Shown: positions 18,647 through 29,339 of the stretch, in pieces
Numbering within the stretch: position 1 is the first letter of the stretch
Layout: every line of letters begins with the position of its first letter
DNA from: Bacteroidales bacterium
GTDB lineage: Bacteria > Bacteroidota > Bacteroidia > Bacteroidales > JAGONC01
Assembly: GCA_028716265.1 (NCBI GenBank)
Contig: JAQUQD010000001.1
Location: 41,888 to 105,887, forward strand
Length of the DNA stretch: 64,000 bases
Direction: 5' to 3'
Notes under the pieces: model-generated
What the model was told of the DNA's origin: nothing
The model's input: the letters and a program-made list of their open reading frames with translations, nothing else
The model's database searches: none
Made by a program: the position numbers and the translations under genes

Positions 18647-20122
18647 ATGGCCAAAGATTTTTCGACTCGTGAAGATAATTATGCGCAATGGTACAATGAC
18701 CTTGTTCTGAAAGCCGGACTGGCTGAGAATTCTGCCGTAAGGGGTTGCATGGTCATCAAACCGTACGGGTACTCTATCTGGGAGAAGATGCAGGGAGCGC
18801 TGGATACCATGTTCAAAGATTCGGGACACGTCAATGCGTATTTTCCGTTATTCATACCCAAGTCTTTTTTCAGTAAAGAGGCCAGCCATGTGGAGGGTTT
18901 TGCCAAAGAATGTGCTGTGGTTACTCATTACCGGTTGAAGAATGCGCCGGATGGCAGCGGTATTGTTGTGGATGAGGATGCTAAGCTGGAGGAAGAACTG
19001 ATCATCCGGCCCACTTCTGAAACCATCATCTGGGATACATACCGAAACTGGATTCAATCCTACCGGGATTTACCCATACTGGTCAACCAGTGGGCCAATG
19101 TCGTACGTTGGGAGATGAGGACACGTCTATTTCTCCGTACGGCTGAATTTCTCTGGCAGGAAGGTCATACAGCCCATGCCACTGAAAAGGAGGCCATTGA
19201 CGAGGCCATGATGATCCTAGATATCTATGCGGATTTTGCGGAGAAATGGATGGCTTTGCCAGTCCTCAAAGGAAAGAAATCGCCTAACGAACGGTTTGCC
19301 GGTGCTGTGGACACGTATTGCATTGAAGCTCTTATGCAGGATGGCAAAGCCCTTCAGGTTGGAACCTCCCATTTCCTGGGTCAAAATTTTGCCAAAGCCT
19401 TCGATGTGAAATTTTTAAGCAGGAAAAACGAGCTCGAGTACGTGTGGGCCACCTCCTGGGGCGTATCCACACGGCTGATGGGAGCACTGATCATGGCACA
19501 TTCTGATGATCACGGACTGGTCATTCCGCCACGGCTTGCACCCATCCAGGTGGTCATTGTCCCCATTTACAAAAAGACGGAAGAACTGGCTGCCATTTCC
19601 CAGAGAGCCCTCGCCATCAAGGAATCACTAACGAAAAGAGGGATCTCGGTCCGGTATGATGACCGCGATACGTTCAAGCCAGGGTGGAAATTCACCGAAT
19701 ATGAATTCAAAGGTGTTCCGGTCCGAATGGCCATTGGCCCCAGGGATATGGAGAACAACACGGTGGAGGTCGCACGGAGAGATACGCTGGAAAAGGAGAT
19801 CTACAGTATCACTGACATCGAGAATAAGATCGGACATCTCCTGGAGCAGATCCAGAATAACCTTTTCCAGAAAGCGCTTTCTTTCAGGGAAAGCAATACG
19901 TTTGTTGTGAATACATGGGACGAGTTCGTCGCGCAGCTTGACGGGGAAGGGGGATTTATTCTGGCTCACTGGGACGGAACGCCGGAAACCGAACAGGCGA
20001 TCAAAGAGGAAACCAGGGCGACCATCCGCACCATTCCTTTCGATGCACCGGCAGAAAAGGGTAAATGTGTTTACTCAGGAAAATCCTCCGCGCACCGCGT
20101 CGTTTTTGCCCGCGCCTATTGA
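18647..20122 (+). CDS. proS: Prolyl-tRNA synthetase (archaeal/eukaryote-like type)
   Basis: 491-aa ORF. The N-terminus [42 protein letters not shown], class II motifs, and a C-terminus ending in Y are typical of this ProRS type. Confidence 0.92.
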   Translation: MAKDFSTREDNYAQWYNDLVLKAGLAENSAVRGCMVIKPYGYSIWEKMQGALDTMFKDSGHVNAYFPLFIPKSFFSKEASHVEGFAKECAVVTHYRLKNAPDGSGIVVDEDAKLEEELIIRPTSETIIWDTYRNWIQSYRDLPILVNQWANVVRWEMRTRLFLRTAEFLWQEGHTAHATEKEAIDEAMMILDIYADFAEKWMALPVLKGKKSPNERFAGAVDTYCIEALMQDGKALQVGTSHFLGQNFAKAFDVKFLSRKNELEYVWATSWGVSTRLMGALIMAHSDDHGLVIPPRLAPIQVVIVPIYKKTEELAAISQRALAIKESLTKRGISVRYDDRDTFKPGWKFTEYEFKGVPVRMAIGPRDMENNTVEVARRDTLEKEIYSITDIENKIGHLLEQIQNNLFQKALSFRESNTFVVNTWDEFVAQLDGEGGFILAHWDGTPETEQAIKEETRATIRTIPFDAPAEKGKCVYSGKSSAHRVVFARAY

Positions 20123-21444
20123 TCTTTTTGCATCAGCTGATCAATCCGCATAAAGACTTCCCAGTATTTTTCCTTGTTCATTTCCGACCAGTGAATGAAA
20201 TAGTACCGGTACTGGTAAGTCTGGACCTGGCAGACAAGAATCAGTACAATGATCAGGGAGATATAGATTCTTTTCGGGATCAATCCGGGAAGACCTTCGA
20301 GAGTGAGCCCCAGCAGTATTGCAAAGATGCTGAAGTATTCGATATACACCCTCGAAGAAAAACTGCCCCCATAATACCACATCCACCAGGAAGATAAAAC
20401 ATAGGTGAGCAGCAATAGGAAACCGGTCAGCCACCACGCACTGAAATGGTCTTTTTTCCATAGAAAATAGAATCCGGACAACGAGATGAACAGAAGAGGA
20501 GTGTAAAGAAACAATCCTTTTTTGTAACTGAACAGGATGGCAAGCATATGGGGATGAAGGAAACTGAATCCTTCTTCTCCGTATGAGTAAACCCAGAAAT
20601 GACCGGTCTGGATCGTGTAGATGATCATCTGAACGGAGAAAACAGCAAGAAATCCCACGACGGCTGTGATACATCCCTTCCGGTTGATCAGCAGGCTCCT
20701 TAAGGCAACGACCAGCTCTCTGCGGGATCCTGCGAGGAAAGGGACTGCCAGGATGATTAGCATATTGACCGGCCTTATCAGTGTGATCATTCCCAGCAGA
20801 AGCCCTGCAATGATCAGGTGTGATGCCTTTGTCTCCAGCAGGTATTTCCTGGCATAAAAGAGGAACATCGTTACAAACGCAAATGAATAGATATGGGACA
20901 TGGCGAACTCGACCACGGTATAATAGAACACGTTGGTCCCGAACACGACGGCCACCAGGATAAGGGTTATGAAGCTGCTGCGTACAACAAAGCTCTTCAA
21001 TAATCGTTTAAGGAAAACCAGTCCTATAGCCAGGTAGACAATAGCTGCCAGGTTGATACAGGTTGTGTACCATGAAGAATATCCATCCATTAACTGGCCC
21101 GAAATGGCTGAAAGGAGGTGCCCAATTCCGAAGAATGGCAGCATGGCCAATGCGGTGCCAGCGTAATATTTGTTGATCACCTTACCTTCGAGAGTATAAC
21201 GGTAATCATAATAATGGTTTTCATTATAGTAGGTGACTTTTTCAATTTCATCAAAAAAGCCAAAATGAAGGTCGTGATAGATAAAAATGGCAGGGAGGTA
21301 AGCGTAGTACCCCTTCCCATCCGACATGATCATTCCTGAACGGTAATCCTTGCCACCGTTTATATTGAGTGAAACGATCACAAGTATGGCTGAGATAATC
21401 AGGATGGAATAGCTGTTCAGAAGGTATCCCGGCGTTATCTTCAT
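20116..21444 (-). CDS. Polytopic membrane protein, possibly GT-C-fold glycosyltransferase-like
   Basis: 442-aa ORF with about 11-12 hydrophobic segments. The first loop contains [11 protein letters not shown]. The overall layout recalls ArnT/PMT-like enzymes, but I recognise no diagnostic motif. Confidence 0.35.
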   Translation of the reverse strand: MKITPGYLLNSYSILIISAILVIVSLNINGGKDYRSGMIMSDGKGYYAYLPAIFIYHDLHFGFFDEIEKVTYYNENHYYDYRYTLEGKVINKYYAGTALAMLPFFGIGHLLSAISGQLMDGYSSWYTTCINLAAIVYLAIGLVFLKRLLKSFVVRSSFITLILVAVVFGTNVFYYTVVEFAMSHIYSFAFVTMFLFYARKYLLETKASHLIIAGLLLGMITLIRPVNMLIILAVPFLAGSRRELVVALRSLLINRKGCITAVVGFLAVFSVQMIIYTIQTGHFWVYSYGEEGFSFLHPHMLAILFSYKKGLFLYTPLLFISLSGFYFLWKKDHFSAWWLTGFLLLLTYVLSSWWMWYYGGSFSSRVYIEYFSIFAILLGLTLEGLPGLIPKRIYISLIIVLILVCQVQTYQYRYYFIHWSEMNKEKYWEVFMRIDQLMQKDQ

Positions 21445-21474
21445 CGTGTCTTTTTATGTGAAATCAACATGCTC

Positions 21475-22221
21475 TCAATTATCCAGGTTGATTAGCTGTC
21501 CTGTTCCTGTGATACTGGCTTTCACGATTTCAGGATTTCCTGTGTAGTAGATGCTGCCTGTGTATTCGATCTCGACTTCTAATTGTTTGACGCAATGAAC
21601 ATAGCAGTTGTTGGATCCCCGGTTATCCATGAACATGAACGTGGTGACCAAGTCCTCGCAGAAGAAGGGACCGTAGCTTCCTGCATAAATGTACCCCACA
21701 TTGGATTGTCCTCTTACGTGGAAGTCGACCGAACCGTAATGTATGCTCAGGACGCTGACGCGAGTCTGGATATCCATGTCGATGGTCCCTGTGCCATCCC
21801 ACACAGCGATATTGAGGGAATCAGTGGTGATCGTGTTTGTGCTTAGGATCAGCCCCGACGATCGGTATGTAACGCTGCAAAGGTTTCTGACCGTCAGGAA
21901 GACGTCGATCTCTTTATTAAAATCACGCACCCAATTGCATTTATTTTCATTCTTGATTTTCAGCTCATTGTTGTTCACTTCAGTGATGATCGATTCAAGC
22001 AGGTTTTCTCCGGCTCTGACGGAAATGGCTTCTTCGTTTCCCTGTGTCAGTATCAGGTTGATATTGTCTTCCAGTACGATATTTTCAAAAGGGCCAACAG
22101 ACCGGTGTTCGATGACGGTTTCACCGGTCGATTTAAAGCAGTCCTCTCCCGGTAACTTTTCACATCCCGCTAAAAGGAGTGTCAGCAGGTAAAACCATAT
22201 GATCGCCTTATTGATTTTCAT
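21475..22221 (-). CDS. Lipoprotein with DUF2807 / head-GIN-like beta-helical domain
   Basis: The start is set at the ATG at 22221 (MKINKAIIWFYLLTLLLAGC lipobox). FENIVLEDNINLILTQGNEEAISVRAGENLLESIITEVNNNELKI follows the DUF2807 pattern, with repeated G-S/T-G turns towards the C-terminus. Confidence 0.55.
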   Translation of the reverse strand: MKINKAIIWFYLLTLLLAGCEKLPGEDCFKSTGETVIEHRSVGPFENIVLEDNINLILTQGNEEAISVRAGENLLESIITEVNNNELKIKNENKCNWVRDFNKEIDVFLTVRNLCSVTYRSSGLILSTNTITTDSLNIAVWDGTGTIDMDIQTRVSVLSIHYGSVDFHVRGQSNVGYIYAGSYGPFFCEDLVTTFMFMDNRGSNNCYVHCVKQLEVEIEYTGSIYYTGNPEIVKASITGTGQLINLDN

Positions 22222-22225
22222 CCTG

Positions 22226-23380
22226 TCAGTACACAAGTTTGACGCGGTAACCTATTCCCCAACCAATATAATCCGCCTTACCCCAATGGGTTTTAAGGAG
22301 TATGTTGGCAAAAACCTTATCCGTGATATCGTACTTTACCCCGACCTTATGATAGAAGGCACCGTCGGCCTTGTCGATATCATTAAAATACAGATAGAAG
22401 CCATAATTGAAATCGAACGATAACCTGCCTATGGCAAGTCCATACGAAGCACTCACTCCGGTTTTGATCAGACTGAACTTATTATCGACAATGATTTGTT
22501 TTTTTTCCAGCATTTTATAATCAGAGTCGTCATAGGAAACATCCCAGCCCACACCCAGCCGGCTCTTGTAGCTTATTTGTTTTCTGATGTTACCATATAA
22601 TGAATAAACAAGGAATTTCTGTCCGAACAAGGCGTCCAGGTTCTTATACCCAAGGATGCCAATAACTTCAATTTCGAAAACGTGATGCATATCGAATTCA
22701 AAAGGCTTGGTCGGATCGTAGAGCCGTCGTTCGATATGCCGGTTGGGTTTATTGAGTTGATAGGCTGCACCGGCGTGAATGGCAGGAATATTTAAACCAT
22801 AGTTGGGAAGTTTGAAGGATCCGTTGCTGAAATGGGTCAGGGAGATGCCACCCGTTAAATAAAGACGGGGATTGGCTTTGTAGCGGACATCAAACATGAT
22901 ATTGCCTGCAAAGTTCAGGTGCGTACCAATGGCAAGGTGTTTATAATTGTCGATCCGGTCAAAGGTTTTGGTCAGGTAGCCCAAACCGGCTCCGATCCGG
23001 AGCCCGTAGTTGACTCGTTTTGTGGAATATAGTTCGAAATTGATATGCGGGAACAGGGCATGAACTGTCCCCAGGTACGGGGACGTCCCCAGGTTGGAGA
23101 ACCAGTATGTAACACCGATCCAGGGATATCCGTAAAGCTGTTCCCAGAATTTTTTTCCGTATGTGGCTTTGATCAGACTGATCTCCATCGATGGGAAATG
23201 GCTGTTGTAGATCTCCATTCCCAAATGGTGGTTTGCTATAAATCCAAAATATACGTTGCCTCCAACCACCAGATTGCTCTTAAAAAGCCTGTGCTGGGAA
23301 TGCTTCGACCGGTTCGTGGCTCTTCCAAACTGGCCCTGTGCTGAAAGGGATAGCAGGATCAATACCGTGACCGAAGTCAT
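22226..23380 (-). CDS. Outer-membrane acyloxyacyl hydrolase-like protein (PagL/lipid A deacylase family) with an extra C-terminal barrel-like half
   Basis: The start is set at the ATG at 23380 (MTSVTVLILLSLSAQGQ signal). ISLTHFSNGSFKLPNYGLN matches the His-x-Ser-Asn-Gly catalytic motif of PagL-type enzymes. It has beta-strand-like alternation throughout and ends YRVKLVY. Confidence 0.5.
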   Translation of the reverse strand: MTSVTVLILLSLSAQGQFGRATNRSKHSQHRLFKSNLVVGGNVYFGFIANHHLGMEIYNSHFPSMEISLIKATYGKKFWEQLYGYPWIGVTYWFSNLGTSPYLGTVHALFPHINFELYSTKRVNYGLRIGAGLGYLTKTFDRIDNYKHLAIGTHLNFAGNIMFDVRYKANPRLYLTGGISLTHFSNGSFKLPNYGLNIPAIHAGAAYQLNKPNRHIERRLYDPTKPFEFDMHHVFEIEVIGILGYKNLDALFGQKFLVYSLYGNIRKQISYKSRLGVGWDVSYDDSDYKMLEKKQIIVDNKFSLIKTGVSASYGLAIGRLSFDFNYGFYLYFNDIDKADGAFYHKVGVKYDITDKVFANILLKTHWGKADYIGWGIGYRVKLVY

Positions 23381-23511
23381 CAGCAGGATACCATGCCGGT
23401 AGTGTGGCTTATGGAGTGATGGTTTGTTCACTGGATGCAAGTTTATTTTATCCAGGACCGAAAAGGTCAACACATTACAAAGTTACGATATTAGCCAGCC
23501 ATCTAAATGAT

Positions 23512-23519
23512 TACTTTTG
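23512..23519 (+). promoter_or_regulatory. -7 box (TACTTTTG) for mazG
   Basis: Matches TAnnTTTG, 13 nt upstream of the ATG at 23533. Confidence 0.45.
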
Positions 23520-23532
23520 TAAAAAATCAGGT

Positions 23533-24315
23533 ATGGATTCGACGTTGAGAGCATTTGAGAGGTTATTGCAGATCATGGATGATCTTCGGAAGGGTTGTCC
23601 CTGGGACCGGGAACAGACCTTCGAGAGTTTGCGGCATCTGACCATCGAGGAGACCTATGAATTATCGGATGCTATTCTGGAAGGGGATCTGGATGAGATC
23701 AGGGATGAATTGGGCGATCTGATGCTTCACATTGTTTTTTATTCAAAGATTGGTTCTGAGACAGGGGCTTTTACGATCAAGGATGTACTGGAACAGATCA
23801 CCCGGAAACTGATCAAAAGACATCCTCATATTTATGGAGATGTGAAAGTGAACAGCGCTCGTGATGTTAAGGATAACTGGGAGAAAATCAAGCTTAATGA
23901 AGGCAGAATTTCTGTTCTGGAGGGGGTTCCGGGTTCTTTGCCGGCTCTGGTGAAAGCATATCGGATACAGGAAAAGGCCAGGGGGGTTGGTTTTGACTGG
24001 GAACACATCGACCAAGTGTGGGAAAAGGTACTTGAAGAAAAAGAAGAGCTGAAAGCAGAGATCATGACGGACGCTAGCAGGAGTGAGATCGAGGAGGAAT
24101 TTGGGGATCTGTTATTCGCACTGGTCAACTATGCCCGTTTCATCAGGATCAATCCCGAGGATGCCCTCGAACGAAGCAACAAAAAATTTATCAGGCGTTT
24201 TCAATACCTTGAAGATCAGGTTCGTAAGGAAGGGAAGAATCTATCGGAGATGTCGCTGCCCGAAATGGATGTTTACTGGGAGCAAGCCAAGCGAACGACC
24301 AACGGTGAAAGATAG
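23533..24315 (+). CDS. mazG: Nucleoside triphosphate pyrophosphohydrolase MazG
   Basis: The start is set at the ATG at 23533 (MDSTLRAFERLLQIMDDLRKGCPWDREQT...). It has tandem MazG domains with EETYEL...ELGDLMLH and EEFGDLLFALVNYARF. The ORF-track start at 23404 would overlap the divergent gene. Confidence 0.88.
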   Translation: MDSTLRAFERLLQIMDDLRKGCPWDREQTFESLRHLTIEETYELSDAILEGDLDEIRDELGDLMLHIVFYSKIGSETGAFTIKDVLEQITRKLIKRHPHIYGDVKVNSARDVKDNWEKIKLNEGRISVLEGVPGSLPALVKAYRIQEKARGVGFDWEHIDQVWEKVLEEKEELKAEIMTDASRSEIEEEFGDLLFALVNYARFIRINPEDALERSNKKFIRRFQYLEDQVRKEGKNLSEMSLPEMDVYWEQAKRTTNGER

Positions 24316-24320
24316 GTCAA

Positions 24321-24956
24321 TCAGTGCCTGCTCAGATAGTCGGCTACATCTTCAGGCGTTTCCTTCATTGTTTCATCCCCTTTGCGCCAGTTAACCGGGC
24401 ACACCTCTCCATGTTCTTCATAGCACTGCAGGGCATCCACCATCCGCAAGATTTCGTCAATGCTCCTGCCAAGAGGCAGGTCGTTCACCAGCTGATGCCT
24501 GACTACTCCCTGCTTGTCAATCAGGAACAGACCCCGGTAGGCAACTGCATCTCCCTTGAAATCGATCTCGTCGTCCTCCGTGTTGTATTCGTATTCCCCT
24601 GCCAGAACATCGAAGTTCTGGGCAATGGTTTTGGACAGATCCGAAACAAGGGGATAGGAAACACCTTTGATACCGCCATTTTCCCTGTCGGTTTTCAGCC
24701 AGGCCAGATGGGAATATTTGGAATCGATGGAGCAGCCAACCACAGCCACATTTTTACTTTCGAATTCATTCAGCTTATCCTGAAAGGCCAGCAGTTCGGT
24801 TGGACAGACAAAGGTAAAATCGAGGGGATAGAAGAAGAAAACCACGTATTTTTTACCAATATACTGATCAAGTGAGAACTTTTCCACGAATTCATCCCCG
24901 TTGATCACGGCATCTGCTTCAAACAGAGGGGCTTTTTTGCCGACAAGTACTGCCAT
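24321..24956 (-). CDS. Typical 2-Cys peroxiredoxin (AhpC/Tsa family)
   Basis: 211-aa ORF with the peroxidatic motif DFTFVCPTE and a resolving Cys in HGEVCPVNW. Confidence 0.9.
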   Translation of the reverse strand: MAVLVGKKAPLFEADAVINGDEFVEKFSLDQYIGKKYVVFFFYPLDFTFVCPTELLAFQDKLNEFESKNVAVVGCSIDSKYSHLAWLKTDRENGGIKGVSYPLVSDLSKTIAQNFDVLAGEYEYNTEDDEIDFKGDAVAYRGLFLIDKQGVVRHQLVNDLPLGRSIDEILRMVDALQCYEEHGEVCPVNWRKGDETMKETPEDVADYLSRH

Positions 24957-25002
24957 AGGTTCGAAAATTTGTATTCAATAAACAGCAATAAACATCATGG
25001 AG

Positions 25003-25010
25003 CAAAGATA
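25003..25010 (-). promoter_or_regulatory. -7 box (TATCTTTG) for the peroxiredoxin gene
   Basis: The minus strand reads TATCTTTG, 46 nt upstream of the ATG at 24956. Confidence 0.45.
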
Positions 25011-25048
25011 ATGAAATTTCAATGTTCCGGATACGAACGATCAGGGGT

Positions 25049-26545
25049 TCAAAGGATCTGATTCACGTCGAGGTTGATCCGTTTGTTCTGCTTAAAGTCA
25101 TAGAGGGTCAGCCTGCGCATCTGGTAGTAGTTGATCCAGTAGGACTGAAGTGCTGAGATATACGCTTTCCTGTTATTATCCTTGTCGGATTGGGCGATGT
25201 TCAGTTCCGTGATGTCTATTGTCCCGATCAGGTATCTTTGCTTGGTGACCTCATAACGTTTCTGGGCAACCGTATCGCTTTTAGCAGCGATGGATACTTG
25301 GCGGTGCTGCATGTTGAACTGCATGACCTTCAGGAACACTTCCTGTTCGAAGTCGATCTGTTCCTGTTCGATGGAGGTTTTTATCACTTCCTGATTGGAT
25401 TCGGCCAGTCTGATCTTCCCTTTGGAGAGTCCCCAGTCGAGGATGGGAATCTGCAGGCCAAGATAGAGTTGCTGCTCGTCGAGCGGGTCATGGTAAGCGC
25501 TGGAAACATCCACTCCTGTTTGTGTGAGTCCGTACACGACATTCAGATCCAGAGCGAGCCTGTTTTCCATTCTGGCCCGGTTGACATTGCTTTCTGCTTC
25601 CAGGAGGCGGCGGTCAAAGGCGATGGCATCGGAACGGTTTGAGCGGGCCTCGGTGATTGCGTTTCCGTAATCGATCCTGAAATCACTGACAGCGGCAGGG
25701 GGTATCAGTTCGATCGAAATATCGTCCTTGATACGAAGGAATGATTTAAGTTCGAACAGCTGCATTTCCATGTCAAGCCGGGATTGTTCCACGCTGGCGT
25801 TGGAATTGAGCAGATTCAGCTCCATCTGAAGAAGTTCATTTTCAGCAATCGTGCCCATGTTGTATCTCCCCGAAGCGATTTGAAACAATGTATCGTAGTT
25901 GGCCTGGTTGACCAGCTGTATGTCCAGGTTGATCTGAGCCAGGAGAAGCTGAAAGAAAAGGCTTGTCGCCTTGATGGAGATGTCTTCCAGATCCTCTGTG
26001 TATGTACGTTTTGCTTCTTCATACCGGATGGGTTCGATTTTTTTATCCCAGCGGAACTGGTTGTACTCAAAGATGGGTTGGCGCAGCCCGATGTTCAGTG
26101 GGGTTGTAAGGTAGGATGTGTAGGTGGAGTCGCCAATATTGTCTATTCTCTGGAAAGCTGAGCTCATAAAGATCTGGCCTCCGGTAAAGGGAATGTTCTG
26201 CGAGATGGACATGTTCATGGACGAACGCATGATTTGTCGTTCAAGGAAGATCTCGCTTCCATCAGACTGTGTGATCACGTCGATGGATCTGCTGAAATCC
26301 GGCAGAATGCCTGCCAGTGTCAGCGATGGCTTATACCCGGCCTGATAGGTCTTGAATTGCCAGTAGCTGCCTCTGAACCTGTGCTTTGCGATCAGTGCGT
26401 CCGGTGACTGCACCTGAGCAATCCGGATCACTTCATCCAGGGTGAGTTTGATCTTGTTTTGCTGGGGCCATGCAATTAAATCCCATAGTATTAAAACAGC
26501 GATGAATCCAAATCTGCATATATGTCTCATTCTGGTCATGTGCAT
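25049..26545 (-). CDS. TolC-family outer-membrane efflux protein
   Basis: 498-aa ORF with a signal sequence. It shows the two-repeat alpha-helical/beta-barrel layout, with LTLDEVIRIAQ...SPD near the N-terminus as in OEP/TolC proteins. It is the last gene of the adaptor-permease-OMP operon. Confidence 0.8.
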   Translation of the reverse strand: MHMTRMRHICRFGFIAVLILWDLIAWPQQNKIKLTLDEVIRIAQVQSPDALIAKHRFRGSYWQFKTYQAGYKPSLTLAGILPDFSRSIDVITQSDGSEIFLERQIMRSSMNMSISQNIPFTGGQIFMSSAFQRIDNIGDSTYTSYLTTPLNIGLRQPIFEYNQFRWDKKIEPIRYEEAKRTYTEDLEDISIKATSLFFQLLLAQINLDIQLVNQANYDTLFQIASGRYNMGTIAENELLQMELNLLNSNASVEQSRLDMEMQLFELKSFLRIKDDISIELIPPAAVSDFRIDYGNAITEARSNRSDAIAFDRRLLEAESNVNRARMENRLALDLNVVYGLTQTGVDVSSAYHDPLDEQQLYLGLQIPILDWGLSKGKIRLAESNQEVIKTSIEQEQIDFEQEVFLKVMQFNMQHRQVSIAAKSDTVAQKRYEVTKQRYLIGTIDITELNIAQSDKDNNRKAYISALQSYWINYYQMRRLTLYDFKQNKRINLDVNQIL

Positions 26546-26553
26546 GTCACATT

Positions 26554-27906
26554 TTATTCATAGCGCAATGATTCAACGGGATTCTGACTGGCTGCCTTTC
26601 GTGCCGGCATATAACCAAAGAGTATTCCCACAGCCGCCGAAACTCCGAAAGAGATAAAGATTGATGCAGGGGAGACGATGGTGAGGATATCGGTCAGCTG
26701 CATAATGATCTTTGCCATCACGATTCCGAGGATGATCCCGATCAGTCCGCCGGTGACGCTGATCATCGTGGCTTCTGCCAGGAACTGAAGGATGATGTCT
26801 CTGCGGGTTGCACCGGTTGCCATCCGTATCCCGATCTCTTTGGTTCGTTCGATGACCGAGGCAAGCATGATGTTCATGATCCCGATGCCTCCGACGATAA
26901 GGGAGATGCTGGCGATGGCTCCCAAGACGATATTGAAGATATCTTTCGTGCGTTGCTGCTGTTTCAGGAGCAATTCGGGAACCCGGATCTCAAAGTCGCT
27001 GACGCCTGCATGCCGGCGCAGCATCATTTTCTCCAGGATGTTTGTGGTCGGGACAAGCTGGTCACTTTCTTTGACCTGGACGACGATTTTATCGAGCTGG
27101 TTCTCGCCCCCGGACGTACTTCCGCCACTGGAAAAAGACATCACCGCATTACCGACATAGATGGTGCCGGATTGCAGTGAACTTGCCGAGACCACCGAGC
27201 GGTCGCGGTACCTTAGAAGCACGGTCTGGAGGGGTGCGTAGATGGTGTTGTTGTAATCGCTGATACCAAGGTTCTCGGTAGTGCCTTCGCTGACTGTCCG
27301 GTTTTCGAGGATCCCGATGACCTTCAACCAGATGCTGCCGCATTTGATGTATTTATTGATTGGGTCCTCTTTGGGGAAGAAGCGTGATTTGATGGAAGGG
27401 CCGATGATGCAGACTGGTGCTGCTTCCGACAGGTGGTGATCGTTGAAAAGAGTCCCTTTGCTGAGAGTGAGGTTATAGATCCCGAAAAAATCGGAGGTGA
27501 TGCCCGTAAGTTTCGCCTGTCGTTGTTTCCCATCCTTGAGAATATAGGTTTCATAAACCACTTCCGGACTGATCATGCTCACAGTTGGGATAATGGACTG
27601 AATGCTCTGGGCATCTTTGAGGGTGAGTCCGGGTGAAAATTTTTGTTTCATTTTTTCCTCCTGGCCTGCTTCTTCCGTACTGCCTGACTCAAGGTTGGTC
27701 ATGGGTGTAATCACGATGTTGTTGACACCGACCAGCTTGATCTGGTCAAGGATTTCCTGTTGTGCTCCGGAGCCGATGGCCAGCATAGCGATGACAGCGG
27801 CCACGCCAAAGATAATGCCCAGAGCGGTCAGCATTGAACGGAACCGATTGGCGGCCACTGCTTCTGTCGCAATCGTCAGGATATGGATATATCGTTCAGC
27901 ACGCAT
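26554..27906 (-). CDS. MacB-type ABC transporter permease (FtsX/MacB_PCD), no fused ATPase
   Basis: 450-aa ORF that opens directly with TM1 (AANRFRSMLTALGIIFGVAAVIAMLAIG). A large periplasmic domain follows, then a C-terminal FtsX 3-TM bundle with EIGIRMATGATRRDI. No Walker motifs are present. Confidence 0.85.
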   Translation of the reverse strand: MRAERYIHILTIATEAVAANRFRSMLTALGIIFGVAAVIAMLAIGSGAQQEILDQIKLVGVNNIVITPMTNLESGSTEEAGQEEKMKQKFSPGLTLKDAQSIQSIIPTVSMISPEVVYETYILKDGKQRQAKLTGITSDFFGIYNLTLSKGTLFNDHHLSEAAPVCIIGPSIKSRFFPKEDPINKYIKCGSIWLKVIGILENRTVSEGTTENLGISDYNNTIYAPLQTVLLRYRDRSVVSASSLQSGTIYVGNAVMSFSSGGSTSGGENQLDKIVVQVKESDQLVPTTNILEKMMLRRHAGVSDFEIRVPELLLKQQQRTKDIFNIVLGAIASISLIVGGIGIMNIMLASVIERTKEIGIRMATGATRRDIILQFLAEATMISVTGGLIGIILGIVMAKIIMQLTDILTIVSPASIFISFGVSAAVGILFGYMPARKAASQNPVESLRYE

Positions 27907-27912
27907 ATGCGG

Positions 27913-29328
27913 TCAGCGTTGCCTGGGGGATCCTGAAGTGGGAGGTGTACGGTTGGGCGGCCTCTGAAATCCTTTTGGAGGAGTACCTCCTGGTGGCGCT
28001 TTGAAACCGGGAGGCAGGGAATCGCCTGGGAATTGCCGTGTAGTTAGCTCCTGTTTTTTTTCAGCTTCCTTTTTCAGCTGCTCCGTAACCGATGGATCCA
28101 GCAGGATCAGTTTATAACTATCGGGATTGTCGGGAGCAAGCAAAAGAACCTCGTCGGACGGTTTGAGACCGGCCCGGACGATGATCTCGTTTTCGTTGCT
28201 TTCACCCGTGGCGACCTGCTGGCGGTAATTATCGGCTGTAAACACATAGCTGATGCTATCGTTTGACTGGAGTGCCTCCAGAGGAATATACAGCACGCTG
28301 TCAATAACTGCAGTCAGGATCGTGTTCTTGGTAGTCATGGCAGGCCTCAGGATGGAATCATATTCATTGACCTCGATGATCACCTCAAATACCTTGGCAT
28401 TTGAGTTACTGAGTTGTTCCCCGATATTGGCCACTTCTGTTACCATGCCCGTGTATTCTTTTTCCGGGAAGGCATCGATCCCGATCTTCACTTTCTGGCC
28501 GGTTTTAACCTTACTTATATCAATTTCGTTGACATATGTTTTGGAGATCATACGGCTTAGGTCGGGAAGGGTAGCCACCACGTTGTCCCATGTGTTGAGT
28601 GTGGATCCGACTCCCTGTTTGGATCCGTCAAAGTTTCTCCGGTAGATCACCATTCCGGCCTTGGGTGCTTTGATAATGAATTCCTCGCGGATGGCTGTCA
28701 GCTGTTCGAGGTTTCGCCGTTCCTGGTTCAGGGAGACTTCCACTTCCTGCATGGTGGCCCTGGCTTTTTCGAGCTGGAGCTGGTATCCCTTGATGGCTTC
28801 CTGCAGGTCCCGATCGGCTTTTTCAACGTCGATCTCATACTGTCGGATGGTAGCGGGAGGCTCATATTTGGACTGTTCCAGCTTGAGGCGTTTGGCTTCC
28901 AGGTCGTATTTAAGGTTGATCAGGGTATTGCGTGAGCTTCGCAGTTCCATGGAAGTGTCGAGTCGGGTTTGGACATACTGTGACTGAAGCTTTTCGACTT
29001 CGCTTTCCAGGTCTTTGATGTTGTTGCTAATTTCGGTCCTGTTAAGAGTGGCCACATACTGACCGCTGTCGACGAGGCTTCCATCGGGAATGATATCTTC
29101 GATCTCGACATTCCATATGCGCAGGGTGCGCAATCCGGAGGGGCCGTAGATCTTTTCCGAGCTTTTAGCTTCCAGTTCCCCTGTCGTAGTGACGTTGATC
29201 TCGAATCTGCCCGTTTTCACGGGAGTGATAATTTTCTCGGTGGATGATTCCCTGGTGCGTGTGAAGTACCAGAGTGCTGCTATGATCAGTACAATAGCTG
29301 GCAGGCCGATATATACCAGTCGTTTCAT
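27913..29328 (-). CDS. Efflux periplasmic adaptor (HlyD/MacA family) with Pro/Gly-rich C-terminal tail
   Basis: 471-aa ORF with an N-terminal anchor helix, a coiled-coil hairpin region and beta-barrel domains typical of membrane fusion proteins. The tail reads FPGDSLPPGFKAPPGGTPPKGFQRPPNRTPPTSGSPRQR. Confidence 0.8.
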   Translation of the reverse strand: MKRLVYIGLPAIVLIIAALWYFTRTRESSTEKIITPVKTGRFEINVTTTGELEAKSSEKIYGPSGLRTLRIWNVEIEDIIPDGSLVDSGQYVATLNRTEISNNIKDLESEVEKLQSQYVQTRLDTSMELRSSRNTLINLKYDLEAKRLKLEQSKYEPPATIRQYEIDVEKADRDLQEAIKGYQLQLEKARATMQEVEVSLNQERRNLEQLTAIREEFIIKAPKAGMVIYRRNFDGSKQGVGSTLNTWDNVVATLPDLSRMISKTYVNEIDISKVKTGQKVKIGIDAFPEKEYTGMVTEVANIGEQLSNSNAKVFEVIIEVNEYDSILRPAMTTKNTILTAVIDSVLYIPLEALQSNDSISYVFTADNYRQQVATGESNENEIIVRAGLKPSDEVLLLAPDNPDSYKLILLDPSVTEQLKKEAEKKQELTTRQFPGDSLPPGFKAPPGGTPPKGFQRPPNRTPPTSGSPRQR

Positions 29329-29339
29329 GGCGAAAACAA

